A program made the translations under genes and the position numbers. Under the pieces are notes generated by a model. The model saw nothing but the letters and a program-made list of their open reading frames with translations, was not told the origin of the DNA and did not search any database. 63,635 nt of DNA. Origin: Priapulus caudatus. Lineage: Eukaryota. The first letter of the stretch is position 1, and each line of letters starts with the position of its first letter. The stretch is from the NCBI RefSeq assembly GCF_000485595.1, contig NW_014577090.1, forward strand, positions 275,443 to 339,077. The letters run 5' to 3'. This document shows positions 47,901-61,700 of the stretch, piece after piece.

Positions 47901-49608
47901 GGCGGGAGCGACGAGCAGGAGACGACGGGCGGAGTGGCGGCAATGGAGGCAGAGCTTTTGGCGCCGCCTGGCGGAAGCGGCGAGCGGGAGGCGGCGAGCG
48001 GGGCGGTGGCGGCGGAGGATCGGGGGGAGACTGATGACGGAAAGCCGAAGCTGCTGTGGTCGTTGTTCTTCAACTGTCAGGATACTACCGACGAGCTGGC
48101 AGTGAGCGAAGACTGCCCGGACAACGTCGTCGTCTGCGGCGGGCCGGACTGGACGCTGGACTTTGAGCACTCGGTGCAGGAGGTGGGTTACTGTCCACGT
48201 GAGTGTGAGTATTAAGTGTGTGCGTGTGTGTGTGTGTGCACGTTCGTGCATCCATGTGTGTCTGCGTGCATTGTGAGTTTGCATGCACGCTTGTGCGTGT
48301 GCGCACACGCACGTGTGTGTGTGCATGCGTGCGTGCGTTCGTGCCTGCGTGTTTGTGCGTGTGCGTACGTGCATGCATGAATGTGTGTGCATATATGTGT
48401 GTGTGTGCGTGTGCGCATGCACTTGCATAATTAATTAGGATGTCATGAGAAAATCGAACACAAAGAGCTAGTGAAACAGTGTGCGTGTGGGTGCGTGCGT
48501 GTATGATTGCGTGCATATTAATGTTGATTGGTGATGTGTGATCATGAATGCATGATGTGTCGTTCAGTTGTTATGTGTCACTACACATGAAGAATGGCTC
48601 CAGGATTTCTCCCATTCATGCGTGCAGGCCAAGGACCTGTTTAGGAGGATCTGCCCGGACGAAGAGTTCCTGCCCAGAGCTCCGGACCCGGATGAGATCG
48701 TGTTTGGGGATTACGAGAATCCCGCGCCTACGGATGGCTTCAGGGAGCTGGCGACTGACGCGGAGTCGAGGAACAACAACGGTGGCGGCCCCACTCCAGC
48801 AGCCGGTGAGTAATGCCGGTGGAATTTCGTTAACACCAAGGTAGACGCGAGGTTGATATTTCAAGGAGTGACGTAATAAAGATGTGAGATATACGATAAA
48901 TGTAATAGCAACATAGTGACGTAACGGACCTGTGTTTTTATAATATAATGGATACCGTAATTTATTACATAATGGTTCTTTGTTTTTATTCACCACTAAT
49001 ATTATGTCACTAATATAACGTAATATAGCACAACTTTAGGACATAATATTATAGATGTAAAATACATGATAAATGTAATGAGATAGTAACATAATAATAA
49101 CCTAAGAGAATGATGTAATAATGAAATCGGGGTATTAAATTAATTAATATACAAAAATTGCAGAGATGCATATTGTCGCTCGAAGTTCATCTGCATTTTT
49201 TTTTATGCCTTGACACCATCAACAACCATTGACAGCTGTTGTGTTGTTGTTACCCAGCTGGATAGATGGAGGGTCGAGTCATTATATTAATGTAAAAATT
49301 GCTGTGTCATCTCATACAATTTCTATGAATAAAATACCTCAAGATCTCGTTAGGCAATAGATCAATGGAGTCTGGCTAAAGCAAGGAAGAAGTAGGGAAG
49401 TAAGGAATGAGATCAAGTCTGTGTCCTTCCTTTCACAGATGATGACAGAACTCCTGCACCCGCAGCAGTAGCGCCACCTGTCGATGTGACCCACGGTGAG
49501 ATGGGCACGCACCAACCTGACAACGGAGGAGGTGGGTTTTATGAGCAGGAATCGGCAGTAGCGAAAGACAATTCAAGCAGACCCTCAACTGAAGAAGAAC
49601 AGGATTAA
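41925..49608 (+). CDS. CHM: Rab escort protein (Rab geranylgeranyltransferase component A, REP/choroideremia family), 11 coding exons
   Basis: Exons 41925-41973 ([17 protein letters not shown]), 42214-42280, 42473-42545 (HYGGDWASF), 43144-43355, 43938-44754 ([34 protein letters not shown]), 45875-45995 ([24 protein letters not shown]), 46242-46464 ([26 protein letters not shown]), 46770-46984 ([12 protein letters not shown]), 47584-48182, 48628-48805 ([16 protein letters not shown]), 49439-49608. Confidence 0.94.
42706..43053. mobile_element. ~350-bp MITE, copy 1
   Basis: TIRs CAGGGTGCGAAATTAA ... TTAATTTCTACCCCTG; CTGCAG on both sides. Confidence 0.85.
43486..43838. mobile_element. ~350-bp MITE, copy 2, inverted relative to copy 1
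   Basis: Reverse complement of 42706-43053 along its length; CACTA on both sides. Confidence 0.85.
44740..45520 (+). repeat. Tandem array of ~103-109-bp units, each carrying a copy of the REP exon 5 end and donor site
   Basis: GGCAGGCTGGAACGG|GTACGTAG-like motif at ~44740, 44843, 44952, 45059, 45164, 45270, 45375, then shorter units at ~45437 and 45495. Confidence 0.85.
48216..48425. repeat. (GT/GC)-mixed microsatellite in REP intron
   Basis: Directly visible. Confidence 0.9.
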
Positions 49609-52600
49609 ACTAATCGAGAAGAAGGCTGCAGGTATGCAAGGATGAGCAGAGAAGATAAGATTTGGCTAGAAGCCTTGTGTGGTTGAACAAAGCAGATTAG
49701 CCATAACTCACAGCCCGTGTGGAGCACCAGCATGAACATGTCACATACTATATAGTATGTGATATACATGTGTTCATGGTACTAGTAACAGCAAAATACG
49801 ATATCAGCTTCCTATAAATTATACGCATAGCCTATAAAGTTGTATCGCTGCGACTGGCATATAGACAACTATCCGGAATATGTGTATTCCTTATTGATAT
49901 TTGATTCGATAAGACTTCGGATGCAATTGATTGCTTTTGTGTCATTCCTTCAGGTATATATTCATTTCTCTTGTTGGTCAGGTATCGCTTTGGTACAGTG
50001 TACAATCATGCTATTCATTATTATTGTTAAAGAGTTAATAAATGTGTGTTCTGTTATACAAGTAGTGATGCAGGTAACAGTACCTCTATAAACCTAGTTA
50101 TATGCTTGATTAGTAGTCTTCCGTGTCTGATACGATGAATATAATTAATCAATCATGATGGGATGCAGGAAGCTTGCATTAATGGGATGCAGCAACTGAT
50201 GTATAGTATGAAACCTCATAAAGAATATTCTTCATGGTCGAAAAGGCTGTAACGAAGATAACCTAATATTTATTGAATAGTCAACGTCACTAGTACTATA
50301 ATCGTCCGTGGCATTCCACCAGGAGTCCAAGAGGGGCTAATATTTAGCTGACGTCACCGGTTTCTTCCCGTGCACTGTGTGCAACTGATAGACATGGACC
50401 GACCTGTCATCACAGTATTACTGTTGCCAGCGAAACGCTCATATCTGTCTTACAATTAATGTAGCAATGACATAATTTAGGGCGAGACATATTAGTTACT
50501 TATATTTAGAATTTATGGTGTGCATTTTTACATCTGTCTGTCCTGTTGTGATATTTTTGTGATATATACTCGTTTATCTGGTTATGCATAACATTCGAGA
50601 AGTGTTGGTGTTGTTGTATTTAAAACGCAATTGTGAGTGTAGCTATATTTCATCAGTATCTACTATCTACACATCATGTCTAATACACATTTATATTGTA
50701 TTCTATGTGGTGTGATTAATTTCTGTGGTATTATAAATTAAACCTAACATAGAACGACGTATGATGAGACAATACATACATCGATTTATATGGTATGCAC
50801 TGGTGTATCGAAGAGTATAATAAAACGATAGCTTCTGACATTTAAAAAAAAATTGAGAAATGGCTATGCAAACTAACCTGTTCTCTATGTTTTTCTTCAC
50901 GTTTACAGCATGTGATGTGCTGCAGATACTGTACGAGTGTTAATGAATTTTCACGGTATACTGACCTAATCAACTCTAATAGACGTAATTACATGCATTG
51001 AAAGCATAATCAAACCAGAATCACATTTGAATAACCCTATAGCTACTTGGCCTCCGTGTATGCCTGTATGCATCAGTGCGTATGAGTAAGGTTATGGTTT
51101 CAGCAAGGGATATGGATCTGATATTACTGATATCTTGGGTTATAGTTATACCCTCTAGAAGGGCGACTTGATGTAAATGCCAATTGTCTTTTATAGACAG
51201 ATGTCCCCCAACACCAAGGACACTGGTTTCGTGATATTAATAATAACAACAACACACGATTATTAAAAACTACAAGTTTAATTTTAATAAAAAATTACAG
51301 TCTACACACCAGCACATAACAAGATGAAGTGAGAATTACAGAACTTGAACAAAACTTCTTACAGTTAGACAATAGCGGACAATTACAAAACGTTCCATGC
51401 AGAAAAAACAAGCTCATGTTCAAAGTTTGTTGATGATAGATAGGTGACCACGTTATCTCTCATCACATCATACAAGCTCTGCCAACCTCTCTACTCAATG
51501 CACTCGTAGAGTTCATTTGACCAAATAGGTGGCAGGCAGTTAACTCTGTTTGGCAACAGCTTGCTATAAAGGTTTTGCACAACTCTTATCAGCAAAAATT
51601 GCAACATGTACCCAGTTTTCCAGCTTATACAAAAAGTTCTATAACTGTCCGCTGTTTTCAGCAACTGTCCGTAATTTTTGTCCAAGTTCCGTAAAAAAAA
51701 ACGTAACTCTCACGCCATAATGACATAGATGACCAGTGCCTTATCAGTACGAGAAATCTGAACACATTCAACCGAATTACTCAGCTATCTGCATGGATTT
51801 CATCATTTTCGTCTTAAACTAACCTTACAAAGAGCTACATGGATAGAACACATCTGGAATGTACTGTTCGTGTTGCGTAACAGCCAAAACCAAAATATCG
51901 CGTTTTTAACATTTCCGATTGGCTAAACCGCAGTACACCGACTTAAGGGAGTCGTGGTGTCTCGATGTTGCTGTGGGAAACTGGTGACCGTAACAATGCG
52001 TAATCAAGGTCGACATTTCGTCGCGAATAACTCGATCAACGTTTGCAATTTGCAACTGGTGGACAGGGTGCATCACTTTCACTACAAACTGAAAATTACC
52101 GACTCTTGGTGGAAGTTGGACAAATAACTACAGAAAATCTGTTATGAAATCTACGAACGGTTAACGGAATTTCCGTGCTTTCCGTAAAAGCTCTTTTCAT
52201 GCGCAGAATAAGCAGTACATGCAGCCTGTTCAGCAAACTTCGCAAACGTGCTCGCTTTTTCTGGGCATTTTTCTGTAACGGCCCATCATTGTCCGCAACT
52301 GTCCGTAGTTTTTGTCCGAGTTCCGTAAAGAGTCTGTAATTCGCACTTCGTAGTGCGAGTACAAATAAGCCTTTACATTTGAAACACACACAATATTTAC
52401 ACGCATGCCCACCTGCTCGCCTCCGTGTGAGCGCTGGTGTCTTTCACCTACCGGCTTTGAATCGGGGCGGACCACAGGTACAGTTTGAAACAGATCGAAC
52501 GCACTCTAGCGACGATGAGCAGCCGATTAATCACGAGAACGCGTGTGTGCGACCGGTGGTTTGTGATGGTTTCGACACCTGCGTCGTCAGACGTGGATCG

Positions 52601-52712
52601 GCCTGCAGGGCGCAGCACACGTCCGCGAGGGCGCCTCAATGCACGGAGACAAGAGGTGAGATAGAAGATACGAATTTACAAAACGGTGAAGTCGGGTGCG
52701 CTCTGCGTGGAA

Positions 52713-55700
52713 TCATCGCACGGCGGCCCGCGTCCTCCTCTTACCCTGTAAGACGAGCAAGACTTCACGTTACCAATCTTTTATGCTACGATCATGGGGA
52801 GGGCGGGCAGTGATCGTCTAGTGGATGGCATGCTTGACTTAGGCTGCAAGCTCTGGGGTTCAAGTCCCACCACCGCCCCTGTTGCGGTGCCCATTAGCAA
52901 GGCACTTTATCCCGATTTGCTTCAGCCGGCACCAGGCTAACAATCTCACCCGCATAATAGCGAGTAGAACTGCCGGACAAATCCCGTTACAGAAACCGAA
53001 ACAACCCAGTTGCTGAGGACAATGCATGGAGCCAAAAAGGGAAAATATTACTAAGATTATGCTCCACTACCAACAAGCTAAGTACGTGCACAACAGCACA
53101 CCAGAACGTCACCTTAGTTGCACGTCGATAATATGCGTGAATTTTCATTGCGATGCGGGGATAAGAAGCCCTACAGTGAAGGAAGCCGTACAAGGATGGA
53201 AACAAATCACATTAGGAATATGTACAGGGACGGTATGCCGTACATCGAAGGAAATCAGCCGTACAGGATCAGGAATCGGTTACAGAGAAGTAAGAGGGCA
53301 AGGACATGGGAGCGTTGTCCGACGTCACACTCACCGCAAGCCCGGTCTCCGCACCCTGCGACGCCTCGTTGCTCTCTGGCGTCTCCTCTTCCTCCTCCTC
53401 GCCATCACTCGTCTGTCCATTCTCGCTCGTCTTGCCTCGCCGCCTGCAAGATAACGCCGAAACATAAATGTACTAGTGATGAGCTAATAGTCTAATATTG
53501 GTACTCACTTGGGAAATTATAAATACAAGAACAAAAACCAGAAATACAGGAGTTTCCAGACAATAAGATGGGGCACCTTTCTCGACCACGATTACTACGC
53601 CAAAGAAGGTGTAACAAACAACGGTTCCCACGGCTACGGTTGCCAGGGTCGCAACGTCGATTCAATGATTACGATTTTAAGGAAAATAAATGTGCGAGTT
53701 AAATAGCTCCACATACATTTTTCTGCGCACTGGGTATTTTTTCTGAGAATCCTCATCCTTGACAGGGGAGGCTGCAGCCCCTCTCTTCCTCGGAGACTGC
53801 TTTTTTGGCGGCGATGGGGCCTCCTCGATTTCATCCGCCTCTTCATCTTCTTCCTCCTCTACTTCAGCCTTGATTGAGCTGTTTTCAACACGATATTGTT
53901 TACTCTTGCATGTAGACTTCTCACGCAACAATAGAAAATACACAAGTGTTACAATAAACAACAATTGCTTACTGTTGACGTAGACTTCTCATGCAACAGT
54001 AGAAAATATACAAGTGATAGAGTATACCAATGAAATGGGTGCACAGATAAAAGTCGAGACTCGGTCTCCATAGTGTGAAAAAACGGTTCCATATCCATAT
54101 AGATTTTTCCCGTCCTTTTTAACAACGGAATGCACCGTAACAGCTGCCTCTGGACTCACCCCCTCGTTCTCTTTCTGGTTGGAGCATCGCCACTGCCGGT
54201 GATTGGTCTCTTCCTCGTGACCATGTGTGTTGTTGCCTGCTTCTCTTCTTCCTCCTCCTCCTCATCTTCTTCTTCTTCCTCCTCTTCCTGCCCCACCTCC
54301 TCGACACTGACACCCACTGAAGTAAGCGCTTCTTCCTTTATGAAGTGTTCATCTCCATCTTCTTCTTCATCCTCTTCTTGTCCTTCTTGTCCTTCATCGA
54401 CTTCTTCTTCTTCTTCTTCTTCTTCGTGTCCTTCTTCATCTGCTTCTTCTTCCTCGTCCTCATCTTCTCCTTCTGCACTGGCTGCTTCCACAAAGACAAA
54501 CAAATTATCAAATCTTAATTTGCTTTAATTCGGCGCCACCTAATATGCTACGTCAGCACATCTCAACCAAAGCACGTTCTCAATTCATTGATACAATTGC
54601 ACAAGATTGTCATTAGCAATAATTTATTATATACACACGATCTAAACGCGATCCTACTCATAGGTGGAAGGATTGTTGCAACAACGGACACTCCAATAAC
54701 ACAGGGTCTCCAACCCTGTGAACTCCAAATGCGGAATGTTCCCGCGGTGATCGGTAATGGCGTGCAGTCCGAAGGCGCCGAGCATACTCGGTGGCGTATC
54801 CAGAAATGGATGAAGGGGGGGGGGGATGTACCTGGGCTGCCTAAGGCAACCCTGTATGCCGCGGCCGCACCAGTGCTAGGGGGGTCTGGGGCGTGCTCCC
54901 CCAAGAAATTGTGAAATATTTAAGCCATTTTCCTGCAATCTGAGGCGTAACTGTGGGCCATATTCTGATGGCTGATGACACTATCTCAACCTTACAATTT
55001 AGGATTTAAAACACTTTTCATGACTTTTTTTCTGGGCTTGCAAAGGGGGTAGGGGCTCTGCCCTATGCTGGATATGCCACTGATACTAGGGTGGCTTTGG
55101 CCCCGCAAGAAAATTGTGATTTTCAGGTGTCATCTGGCAGTCTGGTGCATTCTGAGTAACGATTTGCCACTTTTCAAAACCCAATCCACCACACCTAATT
55201 TTTAATAATATTTAGTATCCAAATGAAATCTAACATGAACTGGTATTTTCAGAACTTGAGAAGGAAGAAATGGCTCCATTAATATAGGATTAATTATTTA
55301 TTGCAAATTACTAATACTTCAAGGATACATGATAGGTTCAAAGTAATTTTTTATTGAAAATGCAGGCAACGAATTTCTGTAAAAGTCGGGGTTTTTTGGT
55401 TGGCCGTGAGCAAGATGGGGGGGGGGGGACGCTATTCTCCCCACGTGTTAATCTGATTAGCAGACAAACTACGCGACACCTTGCAGACAGCGCCTGTCTG
55501 ACTAGGCTGTTCCATTTACTGGAGACACGCCATATACAAAATGCATAGAAACACATTATAACACTGAGCGATGGTAGGGGGGCGGTGCAAAGCTAAGGTA
55601 ATGGCAGAAAGCACTACGAGTGTGTGTTTCCTGGAAACGACTTGGGCAGTGAGGGCTATTAATAAACTTGCTGCATCTCCACTGCACCATGCGTGGCCAG

Positions 55701-58700
55701 TGCTCAGGAAGCAGCTGACAAAAAACCATTGCGTCCAAGCAAACAATGCGAACAATCAGTGCAAATTTTTTACCGTGCAACTGAAATGAGGAATATAACC
55801 CTGCAGAATGTGGAAATTAAGCCTGGAAATCGTACAGATTCCGCAAAATGCGGAATGGTTGGAGACCCTGATAACATCAGCTTCTGCATTACCTGCTACT
55901 CTTTGGGGTGGCTGTACAGATCTACCGCCTCTGCCTCTTCCTCTCCCACTACGAGAAAAAACCAGCACAGCATCATGGGATCTGACATTTGCTATTTGTT
56001 AGTTTATTAATTGTAATGATATAAATATATATTTTGATATAAATCATTGTGGGGCAGTGACGCTGAGAGGGTCTATGTCCCCCAGGGTACTGCTGGAACG
56101 TACCCTGGGTACGGTCCGGTATACCGGAACGTACCCTGGTACTATCTAATATGCCGAACCGTACCTCGCCTACTCCACGAACGAGTCTAGGGAGTCGCCT
56201 ACGCCTACTCCCTAACCCTGACCCTAACCCTAACCACATCAGATAGTTACCAGGGTACGTTCCGGCAGTACACCGAGGGACATAGACCCTATGAGCTGCA
56301 GTGACACTTTAAAGCCACGATATTTTATCTAATAGACTTATAGTCAGTTGTATATAAACATACATTTACAAAAAAAAGTAGAATGAATAGTGTTAGCTGA
56401 CAGGCTTACCGTCCTCTGCCACCACCCCTACCCGGCAGCTTGGCTGGGATTCTTCCTAGACTGGCCATCAGTGCCTCTCTAGCAGCCTTTCCTCGCTACA
56501 CAAATGAGAAATATATCAACATCAACCTGCTTCCGATACACATAATACACTACACAAGCAGAAATAAGATATATATCATCAATCTGATCATTTTAGCTAA
56601 TCACAGATGAAAGCTTTGTTCGCACTTTCAGAGATGTCTTGTTAAACTTACCACTCTAGGTGGAGTGAATGCAAACTCCTGTGGCAGGTATAGCTTGTTA
56701 TTGCTGTAAGACTGCAAATAAGGACAGAAAAACACCATTAGTCAACGCCACTGGTCAAGGCTATCATCCGCTAATGAACAGCTGCCGATCATACGACATC
56801 AACATGCATTATTGCAATGACGCACATCGAGATATACGTGCCTATAGAAAGCGCACGAGTAAATACGTGCGCGCAACTATGCATTTAAACGAGTTTGCAA
56901 GCTACAACGATAACTAATAAACGACGTGTTGCAGGCGGATGCAGCACCTACCCTGTCAGGGTTAGTGTAGAGCTTCGCCGGTAGCACAGGCTCTCCCGGG
57001 AACTCTTTGAGCACGAAGTTGGTCGTCTTGTTCATGACTATGCCGAGTGCAAGGTCGCACACAGCATATAGTTTCTGAGAGCAAAGAAAAAACCATGAGG
57101 AACATGGCAGCAGTTAAACAGGCTGGCACCTATAATAAATAATAATTTATCGGGTTGCCTCATCATCTGTCGGGCGCGCCCGAAATCGTGGTGATTGTGT
57201 TACTCATCATGACTTTTTCGATTGCTAGGAGAACATTAGCGGTCGCAACTCCTGCTAATGTATACGTATAATGCTAAGTGCTAAGCAGAGAAGCAGTGTG
57301 TACCATTTTTCAAGTCTTTGGTATGACCCAGCCGGGATTCGAACCCCAGACCTTCTACATGCGAGGCGAGCACTCTACCAATTAAGCCATCGCTGCAGTG
57401 CAAAACTGGCTGGCAAAAGACTAAGCCTCAAAAGTTGAGAGTTACAGTAGAGAATTGTTACTGCAAATAAGCTCGCACTACATCATTCGCATTCTTAATC
57501 TCTCACAAAAACTGAATCGTCAACACAAAGGCTACAAAACGCACAAAATAGGCGGTTCTTTAAACGTCACATCGTTACGAGTCGCGTTTTCACTCGACGT
57601 TAACGAGCGTAACGAACGTGCGACTCACGTAGTTTGTGAGGTCGTCGTCGGGTCCCTGGGCATCGCGCGTCTGCTTGATGTTCTCAATAAGTTTCTTGAG
57701 GAAGCTATAGGAGTAGTTCTCATTGCGCAGCATCAGCGGCTCCATGATGAACCACAGGCAGCTGCAGCAGACGAACACAGATGTTACACGCCCCACCGGC
57801 AAGTAAGCTGACATCCCGAGCCGCGGCACGGCAACGGGTGGAAACGCCGAGACGTTAGGGAAACGATTACGAACGAACAAGGCGAGTTTAGACATGTTAG
57901 AGGCATCAACGAACAGCGCAAATGTGCATGACACATAATCAATGCGAGAGACGATGCGCATTCGAATATATATTTAACTGATGCAATCATTGAAACATTT
58001 ATCGTTAGAAAGGCTAAGCCTAAAGACGTAGCACGCATAAGTCTACTTCAGCCTTGGTTCATCGACAAAACTACTGGTTTCTTGTAGGGTAGTACATGAA
58101 GCCAGAGGCACGCCACATAATCACGATTCCAATACGGCAGTCGTTCATACACACTTACTCTTGTATCTGTTTGAGAATGGTTGTATCATCTGGTCTCATG
58201 AAGTCAGGATCGTGAGCCAATAGATGGATAACGTAGGGCAACACATAGTCAGGCAGGATGGAAAACTTTTTAGCTGAAACGACAAACAATGCGACACATA
58301 GAAACACAAGCAGTACATTGACTTAAGATGATTATATAGAAACCACTACCATACTATATTATACCATACTATCCCTCCTCCTCCTCCGCGACACTTCACT
58401 CCTACCCCTCGACCCTCTCCCTCCTCCCTCCCCACGCCCACTCCTCCCCCTCGACACTCTCCCTCCCCCTCCCGGCACGGCGAGCGGCGGCGGCTTACTC
58501 GTGGCGGACGTGTGCGACTTCAGGTAGTCTCGCCGCTTGCTGATGTTGGCGAGCAGCAGCTGCTTGTTGGCGACGCGCAGGTCCTTGTTCTGTTCGTTGC
58601 CCGTCAGGCAGAAGATGCCGAGGAACTCGAGCGGCAGTCTAAGCGTCATCAGGCCCTTGTGCAGCTTGCCGGAGAAGCGCTCCCGAACCTGGTAGACGGG

Positions 58701-61700
58701 GTCCTGTTCCGCGCGCGCCGCAGAAACACAAACAAAGCGGCGTTCGTTAGCGGACGTTGTGGGCGTTTATCGGACCCAGCCACAAATCGCGTTTCCTGTA
58801 CGTGTTACTCTCGTAAAGTTAACTCTTAGAGATCGACGCTGCGAATAGCAGCAAAGGTTTCTATGTCGCAGTCTACTACAGATAAAGGGAGCGAACTCCA
58901 GTAAGGAACTAGAAAGGGCAGTTGTCGCCAAATACATGTATCCCCCGTGATCTAGTATGAATGAAATATCTCTGTAAGGACGTAGAAGTTAAATAGGTCA
59001 CAAAGACAAAGGTTTGTTACACAACTCATCTGCCTGAGATGTGCAAGTATGTTAAAATTGGTTGCCTCAGGGGTTTTGGTACGCGACACAGCTTCTCCCC
59101 AAGATGTGTAAGTATACGAAGTTTGCTCGCGCTAGGTCAATTAGGGGCCGAGTTATAAAGCGGAAAGGAAATATGATGAAGGTCAAGGTCAAGGTCAAGA
59201 TCAAATAAAAGCCGCAGTGACGTGGTTTTGGTACGCGACACACATTCTCCCCAAGATGTGTGAGTATACCAAGTTTGGTAGCGCTAGGTAAATTAGGGGC
59301 CGAGTTATAGAGCGGAAGGGAAATATGATCAAGGTCAATGTCAAGGTCAAATAAAAGTTGCAGTGACCTGGTTTTGGTACGCGACACACCTTCTTCCCAA
59401 GATGTGTAAGTATACCAAGTTTGGTAGCGCTAGGTCAATTAGGGGTCGAGTTATAGAGCAGAATGGAAATATGATCAAGGTCAAGGTAAAGGTCATAGTG
59501 ACCTGGTTTTGGTACGCTGCGCACCTTCTCCCAAAGATGTGTAAGTATACCAAGTTTGGTAGCGCTAGGTCAATTAGGGGCCGAGTTATAGAACGGAAGG
59601 GAAATATGATCAAGGTCAAGGTAAAGATCAAATAAAGGTCGTAGTGACCTGGTTTTGGTACGCTGCGCACTTTCTCCCCAAGATGTGTAAGTAGACTATG
59701 TTTGGTCACGCTAGGTCAATTAGGTGTCGAGTTATAGAGCGGAAGGGAAAGTGTCTGCGGCGGCGGCGGTGGCTGGACAGACATGAAACCATAGTATCCC
59801 CGCCGACTTCGGCGCGGGGGATACAATTATAAGCAAAACCAACTAAATTTGAATGGGTCCTTTGAGGACAAGACAGGCCGGAAACAAAGGTCAGAGGCAG
59901 ATGATTGAGTACGCCGAGATTATTTCATCAATCGAGATGGAATACCAATTTTGTTGTGTGTTGTTTAGCAATATTCTCTAAAATCCTTCTTAGAATTTCA
60001 GTTACTGCAGCAATACATGCGCATATTTATCAGAACTGCTACACGATCACTTGAGTAAAATTTAGACAGGAAATGACATCAGTTCATGATAACACTGTAC
60101 TGATACTATAGACACGTGAAATGAAGAACTATGGGGCGCAGAACTACTACTGCGCTACACAATGTCGATTCAACCAGCTCATTATTCGACACCGTTGACC
60201 GGCGAAGTTAGCGATAAACCGATTTTACGGAAGACGAGAGACCGAACGACGTTTCGCCGCGTCGCCGCGACGACGAGGCACCGCTCACTTACGTTGATCA
60301 GCATCGCCAGCGTCTGCAACTGTTCGCGCGTGATGATGTCGGCGTAGCACGGCTCCTGAGCGAGCTTCAGCATCGATGCGCCGGCGACCAGACGCATGCG
60401 CGCCTTCTCGGCATCGCTGCAACGCGAAGAAAAGAGAACGCGCGTCACGCGACGCCCAAACAACTCGGCAGTGCTGTCGGCACGTCCGGTAAAAATGCGC
60501 TATTACAGGACCCCAGTTAAGTCTCATGGCTGCTAAATCTGCATACCTTGCTAATTACTGATCTATCTATTCGATCAAGTGAGCTAATTCTACCTCGAAT
60601 ATTTCTGTTAGGTCGATCAAGCTCGATCAGTTTGTTTCCACAAACTTGCACGTGTTTACGCAAAAATTTCGACTTTGCGGCAATCAGTATCATACTGATA
60701 TACAGACGTGATATATGATGTGATTTTATATTAGTGATACAACTGTATACTGATTGTCTAGAGCTGCTAATCATGACAGACGGACAGGTAAACCGCAGGT
60801 AACGGCGAACGCTCGGAATACACTCCTAACGATTGAAGCGAGTCACGCCCGAGACACTTACTGCTTGACGCACACACACAGTACGTTCTCCTGCTGATAG
60901 CAGTGAGCGACAGCACTTACTTGATCTGGCTACGCTCCATCAGATCGCCCTGGTGGGAGATGAGGGTGTTAAGCAGACGCAGGGTGGAGCTGCCTAGACT
61001 CGACTGGTTCGACTTCATGCCCATCAGAACCCTGGTGATCAGCTTCAAACTCTGCACCTGTGTGGGAGGCATGAGACGAGACGCGTGAAGGAAGCAATCG
61101 CCATGACAACAGAGGGCAACAGAAGATAACAGAATACAGGAGAATACAACGAGAGAAAACGAGACAGCAGAAGGCAAACAAAAGACAGCAGATGAAGACA
61201 CAACAAAAACAAAGAGAAGACAACAGGGGACATGGAAAGATAACAGGAGATAAGACAATAATCAAGACAAATGGTAGATGACAAAAAATTATGAGAAGAA
61301 AAGAAAGGACAACGGGAGACAACAGAAAATCAGATATGGGAGTGATCACAACACTGGCAACGGAGAATAATATCTCTCTTCGAGCGATCCACATGCACAT
61401 CCAGATCTGAACTATCACCCGCATCACTCAGTAGAAGGTTAGCAAACTTCATTGCTAGCAACGTGCCAACTAAGTCAACCAATATATGTTCTGTCATCAC
61501 AGTGATCGGTTATGTGGTCGCCATTTAGTTACCAATAGAAGACAATAGGTATGCCCAAGAATCTACGACCATACTTCGGGGTAAACCACATTATACGTAT
61601 CAGTTACAACGTCCACCCACACTGCAGAGAAGGCATCACCCTCAAAGGCATGTTCTGGCCGGAGAACTAGCATCAAAAGGAAACCCCAGTGTGACGATGG

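Noticed and set aside
51655..52350. Short direct repeat (GCAACTGTCCGTA.TTTTTGTCC.AGTTCCGTAAA at ~51661 and ~52295) downstream of the PDS5 stop
   Set aside because: Only two short copies with no supportable function; probably an old local duplication.
57310..57397. tRNA gene
   Set aside because: A and B boxes are present, but the sequence runs into a SINE-type body and lacks a convincing acceptor stem.
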